A stretch of DNA of 64,000 nt from an uncultured Alphaproteobacteria bacterium (GTDB taxonomy: Bacteria > Pseudomonadota > Alphaproteobacteria > Rs-D84): the NCBI GenBank assembly GCA_947054455.1, contig CAMRWN010000001.1, forward strand, positions 4,595-68,594, in the 5' to 3' direction. How positions within the stretch are numbered: position 1 is the first letter of the stretch; every line of letters begins with the position of its first letter. Positions 39,979-48,702 of this stretch are shown here, one piece after another. The notes beneath the pieces were generated by a model. The model was not told the DNA's origin. It saw only the letters and a list, made by a program, of their open reading frames with translations, and did not search any database. The position numbers and the translations under genes are program-made.

Positions 39979-42012
39979 ATGGCAGAAGTACAAAACGAAG
40001 TAAAAATACAGATTCTACCTACACTTACGACAAAGCTGGTCGCTGTTCAAAAGCGCTCCGGCGAAACGGTTCCGTTTGACGCCAAGAAAATATTCGAAGC
40101 GATAAAAAAGGCCGTGGCCGTAACCGGTGAAATAACAGAAGACCTTGTCATATCCATAACGCAAAACACATTGAACGCATTGGATGCGGCATTCGCCGGT
40201 AAAACCCCCAAGGTGGAAGAAATTCAGGAAGCCGTCATACACTCTCTGATGGACGCGCACGCCCACAAAACCGCAGAGGCATACATAATATACCGCCAGA
40301 AACGCAGCGAAATTCGCAACGCTGCGATTGATGCGGTGGAAATAATTGAAGGCTATGTCGACGGCAGCAACTGGCGCATCAAGGAAAACGCCAACATAGG
40401 ATATTCAATCGGCGGATTGATTCTGCGTACGTCCGAACGCGTCACGGCGGAATACTGGCTGAACCTGTACCCGCGCGAAATTGCAGAGGCGCATAAAAAC
40501 GCGGCGGTTCATATTCACGATTTGGGCTGGCTGACGGGATACTGTGCGGGCTGGTCTTTGCGTGAACTGTTATACGAGGGATTTAACGGCGTTGCGGGCT
40601 ATCTGCAATGCGAACCGGCCAAGCACATGGCCACCGCGATTTCACACATGGTGAACTTTCTGGGGACGCTGCAGAACGAATTTGCCGGCGCACAGGCGTT
40701 TTCATCGGTCGACACTTATCTGGCCCCATATGTCAGACTGGACAACATGTCATATGCGGATGTAAAGAACGCGATGCAGACACTGGTCTTTAACTGCGCG
40801 GTACCATGCCGTTGGGGAACACAGACACCGTTCATAAATTTCACGTTTGACTGGACCTGCCCCGAAGATTTGAAAAACCAGCATCCTTTTGTCGGGAAAA
40901 AGCAAATGGATTTCACATACGGCGACCTGCAGGCGGAAATGGACATGCTTAACAAGGCATTTCTGGAGGTTATGGCCGAAGGCGATGCAAATGGTCGGCC
41001 GTTCACGTTCCCAATCCCGACATACAACATCACTCCGGATTTCCCGTGGAATCATCCGAATGTAAAACCGCTGTTTGATTTGGCTGCAAAATACGGAATA
41101 CCTAATTTCCAGAATTTCCTGAATTCGGATTTGAATCCGACGGATGTTCGCTCAATGTGCTGCCGGTTGCGACTGGACGTGCGCGAACTGCTGAAACGTG
41201 GCGGCGGGTTGTTCGGTTCTGCGGAAAAAACCGGCTCTATCGGCGTGTTTACAATCAATCTGGCACGCCTGGGCTACACGCACAAGGGCGACCGCGAAGG
41301 TCTGTTCACGGAACTGAAGCGTCTGTTGGAACTGGGGCGCGACCAGCTGGAAATCAAACGCAAGATTATCAGCAAGCACATGGAAAATGGCCTGTATCCG
41401 TTTACGCGCCGTTATCTGGGCAACTGGAACCACCACTTTTCAACAATCGGCGTAAACGGTGCGAATGAAATGGTGCGCAACTTTACAAACGACCGTGAAA
41501 ACATCGCGACGCCCATGGGTAAAAAGCTGGTGCTGGATGTAATGGATTTCATCAACAATCATCTGGCAACATTCCAGGAACAGACCGGCAACCTCTATAA
41601 TTTGGAGGCAACGCCCGCCGAAGGCTGTTCCTACAGATTTGCAAAAACCGACGTCAAGAATTTCCCGGACATCATCACCGCGGGTACCAAGGACGCGCCG
41701 TATTATACGAACTCGACACAGCTGCCGGTGAACTTTACCGACGACCCGTTTGTCGCGCTGGAACACCAGGAAGAACTGCAGCGTAAATACACCGGCGGAA
41801 CGATGTTGCACCTGTATATGGGTGAACCGGTATCCAGCGGGGAAGCCGCACAGAAAATTGTACGCACGATATTTGAAAACTATCGCATACCGTACATGAC
41901 GCTGACGCCGACATTCTCAATCTGTCCAAAGCACGGATATCTGCCCGGCAAACATGAATTCTGTCCGAAATGCGACGCGGAAATCGCCGCAAATCAGAAC
42001 CAGGAACAATAA
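39979..42012 (+). CDS. nrdD: anaerobic ribonucleoside-triphosphate reductase, large piece (lacks the glycyl-radical tail)
   Basis: ATP-cone-like N-terminus, class III RNR core, C-terminal Zn-ribbon region (CPKHGYLPGKHEFCPKC). Ends at TAA 42010-42012, before any RxxG[FY] glycyl-radical motif. Confidence 0.9.
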   Translation: MAEVQNEVKIQILPTLTTKLVAVQKRSGETVPFDAKKIFEAIKKAVAVTGEITEDLVISITQNTLNALDAAFAGKTPKVEEIQEAVIHSLMDAHAHKTAEAYIIYRQKRSEIRNAAIDAVEIIEGYVDGSNWRIKENANIGYSIGGLILRTSERVTAEYWLNLYPREIAEAHKNAAVHIHDLGWLTGYCAGWSLRELLYEGFNGVAGYLQCEPAKHMATAISHMVNFLGTLQNEFAGAQAFSSVDTYLAPYVRLDNMSYADVKNAMQTLVFNCAVPCRWGTQTPFINFTFDWTCPEDLKNQHPFVGKKQMDFTYGDLQAEMDMLNKAFLEVMAEGDANGRPFTFPIPTYNITPDFPWNHPNVKPLFDLAAKYGIPNFQNFLNSDLNPTDVRSMCCRLRLDVRELLKRGGGLFGSAEKTGSIGVFTINLARLGYTHKGDREGLFTELKRLLELGRDQLEIKRKIISKHMENGLYPFTRRYLGNWNHHFSTIGVNGANEMVRNFTNDRENIATPMGKKLVLDVMDFINNHLATFQEQTGNLYNLEATPAEGCSYRFAKTDVKNFPDIITAGTKDAPYYTNSTQLPVNFTDDPFVALEHQEELQRKYTGGTMLHLYMGEPVSSGEAAQKIVRTIFENYRIPYMTLTPTFSICPKHGYLPGKHEFCPKCDAEIAANQNQEQ

Positions 42013-42051
42013 ACAAACAACACACACAACACAAAAGGGAGGAAAACAAAA

Positions 42052-42243
42052 ATGCAAGCCGCAACGACAAACACACAAAGAACAAAGTGCGAAATCTTTT
42101 CACGTTCCATGGGATTTATCAGACCAGTTTCTAATTTCAATATCGGCAAGTATTCAGAATTCTGCGAGAGAAAAATGTTTAAAGAAGGCAACTGCCTAAC
42201 AACAGGCGCGCGCCACACGGATTTGATGAAAAAAGCGGCTTAA
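42052..42243 (+). CDS. stand-alone NrdD C-terminal glycyl-radical segment
   Basis: CEIFSRSMGFIRPVSNFNIGKYSEFCERK matches the NrdD C-terminal glycyl-radical region. Same frame as nrdD. GGGAGG (42037-42042) lies 9 nt before the ATG. Confidence 0.7.
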   Translation: MQAATTNTQRTKCEIFSRSMGFIRPVSNFNIGKYSEFCERKMFKEGNCLTTGARHTDLMKKAA

Positions 42244-42247
42244 TAAA

Positions 42248-42946
42248 ATGCGCGACATACAAATCGGGGGATTGGTATCATTTACGACCATCGACTATCC
42301 GGGCAAACTGGCTGCAGTAATCTTCTTGCGTGGTTGTCCGTTGCGATGTGCGTATTGTTCCAACCCCCATTTGTTGGACATTGGCGACGGCGAATATGAC
42401 CCGGGAAAAGTATTCGAATGGCTTACATCCCGCGTCGGCAAACTGGAAGCCATCGTATTTTCCGGGGGCGAGGCATTGATGCAGGGCGACGCGCTGATTG
42501 AATATATGAAACGCGTAAAAAATCTGGGATTTAAAATCGGCCTGCATACGAACGGATTTTATCCGGACGTACTGATGCGCGCCGCCCAGACCGTCGACTG
42601 GATTGGTCTGGATTACAAGGCCACGCGCGACAAATACCTGGAACTGACCGGGAATGCGATTGCGTATGATAATATGATACGCTCGCTGGAATCCTGGCTG
42701 CAGACAGGACGCGATATAGAGGTTCGTATAACCTGCGATCCGCGCTTTATAGACCGGGCCGCCCTGCACGACATCGCCAGTGATTTACATTCGCGCGGCG
42801 TAAAAAATATCGCCGTGCAAAAATACATACCGCATTTCGAAGACAACGCCCACGGCACAACCGCCGACCAGCGCAACCAGTTCTTTGACGACGAAATGCG
42901 CAATACCCTAAACACTATGTTTGAATCGGTTGTCTGGCGGGAATAA
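42248..42946 (+). CDS. nrdG: anaerobic RNR activating protein (radical SAM)
   Basis: FLRGCPLRCAYCSNPHL cluster motif, VFSGGEAL. Lies directly after the nrdD pieces. Confidence 0.88.
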   Translation: MRDIQIGGLVSFTTIDYPGKLAAVIFLRGCPLRCAYCSNPHLLDIGDGEYDPGKVFEWLTSRVGKLEAIVFSGGEALMQGDALIEYMKRVKNLGFKIGLHTNGFYPDVLMRAAQTVDWIGLDYKATRDKYLELTGNAIAYDNMIRSLESWLQTGRDIEVRITCDPRFIDRAALHDIASDLHSRGVKNIAVQKYIPHFEDNAHGTTADQRNQFFDDEMRNTLNTMFESVVWRE

Positions 42947-42967
42947 CTGCACCGGACGCAAATCCTG

Positions 42968-43222
42968 TTATTTTGATTTTTCACGGTTCGCGGCATGCGC
43001 ATCGACAAAGGCCGCAAAATACATCATCGGCAGATTCATTGCATTCAAAACCTTTACCAGACTCTGCATTGACACCCAGCGTTCTTTGCCGTACTCATTC
43101 ACACGTTTGCTTTTATTAAATGTTGTGGCGTTCAATCCGCCCACGCACGCCATTCGTGAACAAGACATTTTATTTTCATTTGCCATACTGTCTATTGCAC
43201 GCCAGATATCGTCATGTGTCAT
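42968..43222 (-). CDS. CI/LexA-type HTH repressor N-terminal domain (no S24 peptidase domain)
   Basis: MTHDDIWRAIDSMANENKMSCSRMACVGGLNATTFNKSKR resembles the N-terminal HTH of alphaproteobacterial phage-repressor-like proteins. Only 84 aa. Confidence 0.6.
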   Translation of the reverse strand: MTHDDIWRAIDSMANENKMSCSRMACVGGLNATTFNKSKRVNEYGKERWVSMQSLVKVLNAMNLPMMYFAAFVDAHAANREKSK

Positions 43223-43326
43223 ATCTCTCTCCTAAAAAGGCATTATTTGCAAGAATGCATTCTCATTGTGCATGATTTTTCATTGAAAATCAACTGCCGG
43301 TTATAAGTAAAATATCCTATTGCAGA

Positions 43327-43794
43327 TTGGTAAATACAGACAAGAATCAAATCGCAATATTCGATGGCACAACACTGAGCCTGTATGAAAACGATAAAAA
43401 AATCAAATCCTGGGATGGAATGTCTGGGGCCCCCGATTATCAAGGCAAAGAAAATCAGGGGTTGAAAAATAAAGGTCCTTTACCAGAAGGCACGTATGTT
43501 GCAAGACAGAGCAACTTGTATTATTTTGATGACATGTCAAAAATTGAACGTATGGCCGCATATGCTGGCAGAACAAGATTTCCTTGGGGGCGTGGTTCTT
43601 GGGGAAATTCAAAAGTAGCATTGGAACCATCTTCACAAAACGATATGCGTGGACGTGGTAAATTCAATATTCACGGTGGCAAGACCCCAGGCTCAAAAGG
43701 CTGCATTGATTTAACATCACAAATGGATGATTTCACACGATGGTTTGAAAATAATAAGAAAGATGTTATACTGCAAGTTAGGTATATCAGATGA
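43327..43794 (+). CDS. Tlde1/DUF2778-like L,D-transpeptidase-fold toxin
   Basis: FDGTTLSLYENDKKIKSWDGMSGAP ... NKGPLPEGTYV ... FNIHGGKTPGSKGCIDL (His ... S-x-G-C catalytic pattern). TTG start, so the true start is uncertain. Confidence 0.6.
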   Translation: MVNTDKNQIAIFDGTTLSLYENDKKIKSWDGMSGAPDYQGKENQGLKNKGPLPEGTYVARQSNLYYFDDMSKIERMAAYAGRTRFPWGRGSWGNSKVALEPSSQNDMRGRGKFNIHGGKTPGSKGCIDLTSQMDDFTRWFENNKKDVILQVRYIR

Positions 43795-43812
43795 CACAAA
43801 AAGATCTTAAGC

Positions 43813-44139
43813 ATGAATAAAAAGAAAACGTATTTTTTATCTATTTTCATGGTCATCCTATGTGCATTGGCAATAATGTTTGCCTTTGACGCATATCAGA
43901 CTGACGGCAAATATGATGGATTGTGGGTATTTTGTTTTTCGTCTACAATACACCATCTTGACTATAGCATTATAACGGATACCTTATTATCCATTTTATT
44001 TGGTATCTGGGGGACTGTTGTTGGAATCAAACTGAATAAATATTTCAAGTGGCACTGGTTATTAATATTACTATCCATACCTCTTAGTCTAGTCATACTT
44101 GTATTTTGCCGAATGACGTTAGACTATATCTTGTTTTAG
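43813..44139 (+). CDS. small 3-4 TM membrane protein (candidate immunity)
   Basis: 108 aa, very hydrophobic, 18 nt downstream of the Tlde1-like gene. Confidence 0.5.
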   Translation: MNKKKTYFLSIFMVILCALAIMFAFDAYQTDGKYDGLWVFCFSSTIHHLDYSIITDTLLSILFGIWGTVVGIKLNKYFKWHWLLILLSIPLSLVILVFCRMTLDYILF

Positions 44140-44302
44140 GCTTTCCACTGCCAGGCCGAAAAAGGCCAATGTATAGAAACTGGTTTTTATTTGCCGATTT
44201 TTGGAATTTTGCGATATACCATGGATGAGTTATAAATAAAAAGCCCCGATTTCCCGGGGCTTTGAACGTCATATGCTTTTATATTCAAAACACAACTTAT
44301 TC

Positions 44303-44334
44303 CTGGCGGATGGGGAGGGATTCGAACCCCCGGA
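44303..44334. repeat. 32-bp exact copy of the tRNA-Ser 3' end (att-like)
   Basis: ctggcggatggggagggattcgaacccccgga is identical to 46471-46502. The flanks diverge on both sides. Confidence 0.85.
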
Positions 44335-44545
44335 TGTTTTGGGTCTGGGCACGATGTTTAGATTTTTATTGCAACTGTTGCCATTTTATCTTTAACCCCA
44401 CAAAAGCCAGATTTGCGCCCGTTTGAGGCCTTTATTTCATGCAAAATCCAAGTGTTATAAAATTAATATCATCAGATATGCTTTCTTTATTGATTCAACA
44501 ATCGGTTATTTGACTTATAAAACAAATTATCCTATACTGTTCTCG

Positions 44546-44959
44546 ATGAAACAATTAATAACTATATTTTTATTAATCTTACCGATATCCACATATGCCG
44601 AAACTGCCCTGAACTATGAAACAGATATTGAAAAGTGCGACAAACAGTTTGAACACGATATGGATAGAAATTTAACAGCTGCAGAAATGATTGCAGCGAC
44701 AGATTCTCAGGTCGTCTGTTATGAATCTGTCGCACATAAAATTATTGATAAATATTATTCTAAGCAATCAAAACCGATGAAAAACAATCTTCATGAATCT
44801 ATAACAGCTTATAAGAGAACAGCAAACGATATGTATAACCCAGACAGATGCTATAACGAATGTGGCAATTTAACTGCGCTGATGGCATACAGTCCAACTC
44901 TGGATTTCATTAAAAATTATATCGAACATTTAACAGATGCAATAAATTCAAATTTTTAG
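44546..44959 (+). CDS. periplasmic protein (candidate immunity/lysozyme inhibitor)
   Basis: ORF track 44423..44959. The ATG at 44546 begins a signal peptide (MKQLITIFLLILPISTYA). 4 Cys. Convergent with the MuF-GH108 gene, with stop codons 1 nt apart. Confidence 0.55.
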   Translation: MKQLITIFLLILPISTYAETALNYETDIEKCDKQFEHDMDRNLTAAEMIAATDSQVVCYESVAHKIIDKYYSKQSKPMKNNLHESITAYKRTANDMYNPDRCYNECGNLTALMAYSPTLDFIKNYIEHLTDAINSNF

Positions 44960-44960
44960 C

Positions 44961-46172
44961 TTAATATCTGTTCGTTCGCGCCTCCCAACCACGACCATAT
45001 CTATTCCAATTCGCAAGACTTTGTAAATATTCTATACGTTTCTCTATTAAAGCTTCCATAAATCTATCAACTTGATTTGCTGGAATATTATTAAGAGCTT
45101 GTATCGTTCGCGCGCCGATATCGCCATCCACTGCTATATTTGTTCCCTGTGTTTCGTTAATTGTGTTCTGCACCATTGTGCCAACATTCGAATAATTACT
45201 CATAACCCCCATATCAAATATTGCGTGTGCTATACGCAGATTGTTTATATCTCCAATATTCCTGTCATTATAGTATAGTTCCGTGTAAATTTGTTCGGCT
45301 TGCCGTCCTGTCAATTCTCTTACATTTTCAGGGAAACCCGCTTCTGGGTGTCTTTGGTTATATGTATTTAACGTTGGCTGTGTTATGCCAGAATTTGTTG
45401 GCTGATCTATACGATTTGGATTATCTATATACCCGCCTTCTTCTGCCATTGTTTTACGTATAGATTCTTCACGAATCTGATCATTGTTTTTTTCTGCAGA
45501 CATATTATTTGTTCCTTGTATATTCTGATTATTTTCATTTGACCGAATATCTGTATCTAACGGTTGATTACCTGCAAACTGGCTACGGCTTATTACACTC
45601 CCATCTTCATCAATCTCTATTTCTTCAACCCAACAACGACAATTAGGATGCACCGGACATTCGGGAATATCCTCTTCATTGTAGAATGTTTGCCCATCCA
45701 AACTTTCACATTCATCGCAAGTTTTTTCAGATACTTCGCCGTGCCAAATCCATATTTTTCGTACCTTTTCAAAATTTGGGATATCCAGGTCATAAGTTTC
45801 CAGATGCCGCATCAAAATAACATCGTCATCATACAGAACTTTAACAGGTATATTCTCACCGGGAATTACACAAGCATCAATATCAAAACTGATACCCAGG
45901 TTTTCAAAGTATTCACCATATTCTTCCAATATTTCTTCTTCTGCTTCATTTTTCGCTTCTTCAAAATCCGCATCAATTTGTCTTTGCGCTTCATTAAATT
46001 GTTCTAGTGTCATATCGTATTCGGGTTCGGTCATGCGACCGGTGGCATCGGTCTGTGCCGTACCGGGATACAGCAGATTCAGGTACTTTTCCGCCATGGC
46101 GTATACCTTGCTATTTTTATCCATATATGCGGGCGAAGTTATTAAATCCCGTAAAAACTTTGGTGTTTTCAT
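44961..46172 (-). CDS. MuF (SPP1 gp7/Mu F) head-morphogenesis domain fused to GH108 muramidase + PG_binding_3
   Basis: IWIWHGEVSEKTCDECESLDGQTFYNEEDIPECPVHPNCRCW is the MuF signature. MAEEGGYIDNPNRIDQPTNSGIT is the GH108 start. IAVDGDIGARTIQALN ... GRGWEARTNRY is PG_binding_3. Confidence 0.7.
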   Translation of the reverse strand: MKTPKFLRDLITSPAYMDKNSKVYAMAEKYLNLLYPGTAQTDATGRMTEPEYDMTLEQFNEAQRQIDADFEEAKNEAEEEILEEYGEYFENLGISFDIDACVIPGENIPVKVLYDDDVILMRHLETYDLDIPNFEKVRKIWIWHGEVSEKTCDECESLDGQTFYNEEDIPECPVHPNCRCWVEEIEIDEDGSVISRSQFAGNQPLDTDIRSNENNQNIQGTNNMSAEKNNDQIREESIRKTMAEEGGYIDNPNRIDQPTNSGITQPTLNTYNQRHPEAGFPENVRELTGRQAEQIYTELYYNDRNIGDINNLRIAHAIFDMGVMSNYSNVGTMVQNTINETQGTNIAVDGDIGARTIQALNNIPANQVDRFMEALIEKRIEYLQSLANWNRYGRGWEARTNRY

Positions 46173-46471
46173 TTATGATTCCTTTTAGTAAATAAAAAAG
46201 CCCGCGGGCGGCGGGACAATAAAAAAACGGCGGCAAATGTCGCCTTTGTTCATATTAGCTATTATATCACAAACACTCGTAAAAATCAATAAGTTTAAGT
46301 ATGCCCAACATCACTGACTATGCGAAATTGGCCGAGATATAGTTATCCGAAAAATTCGGCGGATATGGCCATAACGGCGGGCTTATCGTAGTCAGCAAAA
46401 CAACAAAATCCCCGCGGAACACGGGGATTTTTGGTATATATTTCGTATAAATTTGAACTTATACTTATCAC

Positions 46472-46561
46472 TGGCGGATGGGGAGGGATTCGAACCCCCG
46501 GAAGCATTGCTGCTTCAACGGTTTTCAAGACCGCCGCATTCGACCGCTCTGCCACCCATCC
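46472..46561 (-). tRNA. tRNA-Ser (anticodon UGA)
   Basis: Reverse complement folds as acceptor GGATGGG/CCCATCC, anticodon stem GCGGT/ACCGT with loop CTTGAAA, a long variable arm, T-loop GGGGGTTCGAATCCCTC and encoded CCA. Confidence 0.9.
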
Positions 46562-46601
46562 GAAACTGTATTCCTATGCGGATAACATGCCCTATTCTAT
46601 A

Positions 46602-47402
46602 TTATTTTTTTCGAAACGCAATTGCAAAAATCATCGCACCTGCAAAAAACATGACACCCGACAACAATTGCCCCATCGTAAGCCCCCAGTCGGTTAAAAA
46701 TCCAATCTGGACGTCCGGGGCGCGAAACTGTTCACAAAAGATTCTAAACACAGCGTACAGCATGCCCAGCATCCCTGCCAAAGCCCCCGGCCGACGACGC
46801 AGGCCCGTAAATTTGTACAGGCAAAACATTATTACAAACAATGCCAGGCCTTCGGTAGCAGCCTCGTACAGGGGGCTGGGGTGGCGCGGCACCGCGATGT
46901 CGCCTGCAAACACAACACCCCACGGCATGTCTGTGGGACGGCCCATGACCTCCATATTAATAAAATTCGCAATGCGCCCGAAAAACAGACCAACCGGGGC
47001 CACAACGGCCAGCAAGTCCAAAATTTTCCACGGATTTATACACCGACGGCGCGCGAACAAAAACGTCGCGACAATAACGCCCAGCAGGCCGCCATGAAAA
47101 CTCATCCCGCCATGCCAAACCGCAAATATCTCCAGCGGGTGCGCAAGAAAAAACGCCGGATTATACATCAGCACATACCCCAGTCGACCACCGACAATCA
47201 CCCCCAGAATAACCGCCGCCATCAGGTCATCAAGCTGCTGCTTGGACAACAGGGGCGCGCCGCCATCCGACATACGCATCAGGCGGCAAAACAAAAAGTA
47301 GCCGATGACAAATCCCGCTATGTATGCCAGCGCATACCACCGCACATCCAGCCCCAGCACGGAAAAAGCAACCGGAGAAACCGGATTTATAAATATGGCC
47401 AT
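46602..47402 (-). CDS. lgt: prolipoprotein diacylglyceryl transferase
   Basis: VRWYALAYIAGFVIGY and HGGMSFHGGLLG motifs. The ATG at 47402 has GGGGGGA upstream. Confidence 0.9.
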   Translation of the reverse strand: MAIFINPVSPVAFSVLGLDVRWYALAYIAGFVIGYFLFCRLMRMSDGGAPLLSKQQLDDLMAAVILGVIVGGRLGYVLMYNPAFFLAHPLEIFAVWHGGMSFHGGLLGVIVATFLFARRRCINPWKILDLLAVVAPVGLFFGRIANFINMEVMGRPTDMPWGVVFAGDIAVPRHPSPLYEAATEGLALFVIMFCLYKFTGLRRRPGALAGMLGMLYAVFRIFCEQFRAPDVQIGFLTDWGLTMGQLLSGVMFFAGAMIFAIAFRKK

Positions 47403-47426
47403 TCTTTTATCCCCCCTGTCCAAAAA

Positions 47427-47624
47427 CTAGTGTGAATGTATGCCGGCGCCCTTCAATGTCAGGCGCAGATTCCAAATTGATTTTTCCAGGTGTTTTATCA
47501 TCTGGGCATCGGGATACGGCTTTGCCTTTTCCACGCGCAGTCTGGAACGCTGGCGATTTATAACGTTTGCCATTCTGTTCAATTCTGCAAAATTATATTT
47601 TATTTCCAAGTCATTTAATTCCAT
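47427..47624 (-). CDS. small basic helical protein
   Basis: 65-aa ORF just upstream of lgt on the same strand. No family recognised. Confidence 0.35.
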   Translation of the reverse strand: MELNDLEIKYNFAELNRMANVINRQRSRLRVEKAKPYPDAQMIKHLEKSIWNLRLTLKGAGIHSH

Positions 47625-47698
47625 AATTAAATACCCTTTTGTCTTGAAATATGGGACTTATTGTATTATATATCTATCAAATAACAAGGAGAAAGATT

Positions 47699-48448
47699 AT
47701 GGCGACGACAAAATCTGCTGTAAAAGAAAAAAGCGTCAAATCCGCACGCACCGCGGTGCGCAGTGGCGGCATAGATGTTTATTTGAAACGAATTTTCGCC
47801 CTGATGTTCGGTGCGGTCGCATTGACTGCGGCGGCATCTTACATGACGATATGGGGCGGCTGGCTGAGATATCTGATAAACTGGAATACGGGCAGTTTTT
47901 CCGTGCTGTACTACATAATCATATTCGGCGCATTCGGCCTGTCGATATGGGCCCAGGTACGCGCATTCAGAATCAAACCCGCAACGGGCGGACTGCTGCT
48001 GGCGCTGTACGCGGTATTGATGGGCGTCGGCCTGACGCCGTTGATTGCAATCGCACTGGCGGTGCATCCGGCATCCATTCTGCAGGCATTCGTGATTTCC
48101 GCACTGATGTTTGCGTGCATGGCCCTGTTCGGGTACAAGACAATGAAAAATTTATCGTTCCTGCGTGTATTTTTAACCACGGGAATGATTGGTCTGATTC
48201 TGGTTGGCCTCGCATCCTTTATATGGCCGGCGATTATGGGTGGCACGTTCGGCACGGTTGTGTGCCTGATTGGCGTGCTGGTCTTTGCGCTGTTCACGGC
48301 GTACGACATGCAAACCCTGCGCCGGGCATATGAAGTCGTGGGCGATGAAAACCAGAAAAACCAGCTGGCGGTACTTGGTGCGCTGCATCTGTACATATCA
48401 TTTATCGCCATGTTCCAATATCTGTTGAGTTTGTTAAACCGTAATTAA
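47699..48448 (+). CDS. Bax inhibitor-1/YccA family membrane protein
   Basis: AGGAG upstream of the ATG at 47699. 7-TM layout and a C-terminal region typical of BI-1 (FTAYDMQ ... LGALHLYISFIAMFQYLL). Confidence 0.85.
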   Translation: MATTKSAVKEKSVKSARTAVRSGGIDVYLKRIFALMFGAVALTAAASYMTIWGGWLRYLINWNTGSFSVLYYIIIFGAFGLSIWAQVRAFRIKPATGGLLLALYAVLMGVGLTPLIAIALAVHPASILQAFVISALMFACMALFGYKTMKNLSFLRVFLTTGMIGLILVGLASFIWPAIMGGTFGTVVCLIGVLVFALFTAYDMQTLRRAYEVVGDENQKNQLAVLGALHLYISFIAMFQYLLSLLNRN

Positions 48449-48475
48449 ACAACAAAAAAACAAGCGGAGTAAAAA

Positions 48476-48658
48476 ATGGCTTATAAAATAGACCCTGCAA
48501 AATGTATCGCATGCCATACCTGCATGGGTGCATGTCCGGTATGCGCGATTTCGGTCGGCGCGGACGGAAAATGTGTAATCGACCCGGCCAAGTGCATATC
48601 GTGTGGCACCTGTGCTGCGATTTGTCCGGTGGCGGCAATTGCACCTGACGCGCAGTAA
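48476..48658 (+). CDS. 2x[4Fe-4S] ferredoxin
   Basis: CIACHTCMGACP and CISCGTCAAICP motifs in 60 aa. Confidence 0.9.
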   Translation: MAYKIDPAKCIACHTCMGACPVCAISVGADGKCVIDPAKCISCGTCAAICPVAAIAPDAQ

Positions 48659-48674
48659 GAAATGCACATGAAAT

Positions 48675-48702
48675 AAAAAGCGGGACAAATGTCCCGTTTT
48701 TT
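48675..48702. terminator. bidirectional terminator
   Basis: cgggac/gtcccg hairpin flanked by an A-run and a T-run. Confidence 0.7.

Larger units (their letters stand above)
42968..46502. mobile_element. degraded prophage/integrative-element remnant abutting tRNA-Ser
   Basis: AT-rich block with a truncated CI-like repressor, a Tlde1-like toxin and a MuF-domain protein. There is a 32-bp duplication of the tRNA-Ser 3' end (44303-44334 vs 46471-46502). No integrase. Confidence 0.45.

Noticed and set aside
46343-46555. A 70-aa minus-strand ORF.
   Set aside because: It overlaps tRNA-Ser(UGA) almost entirely and is an artefact of translating a tRNA gene.
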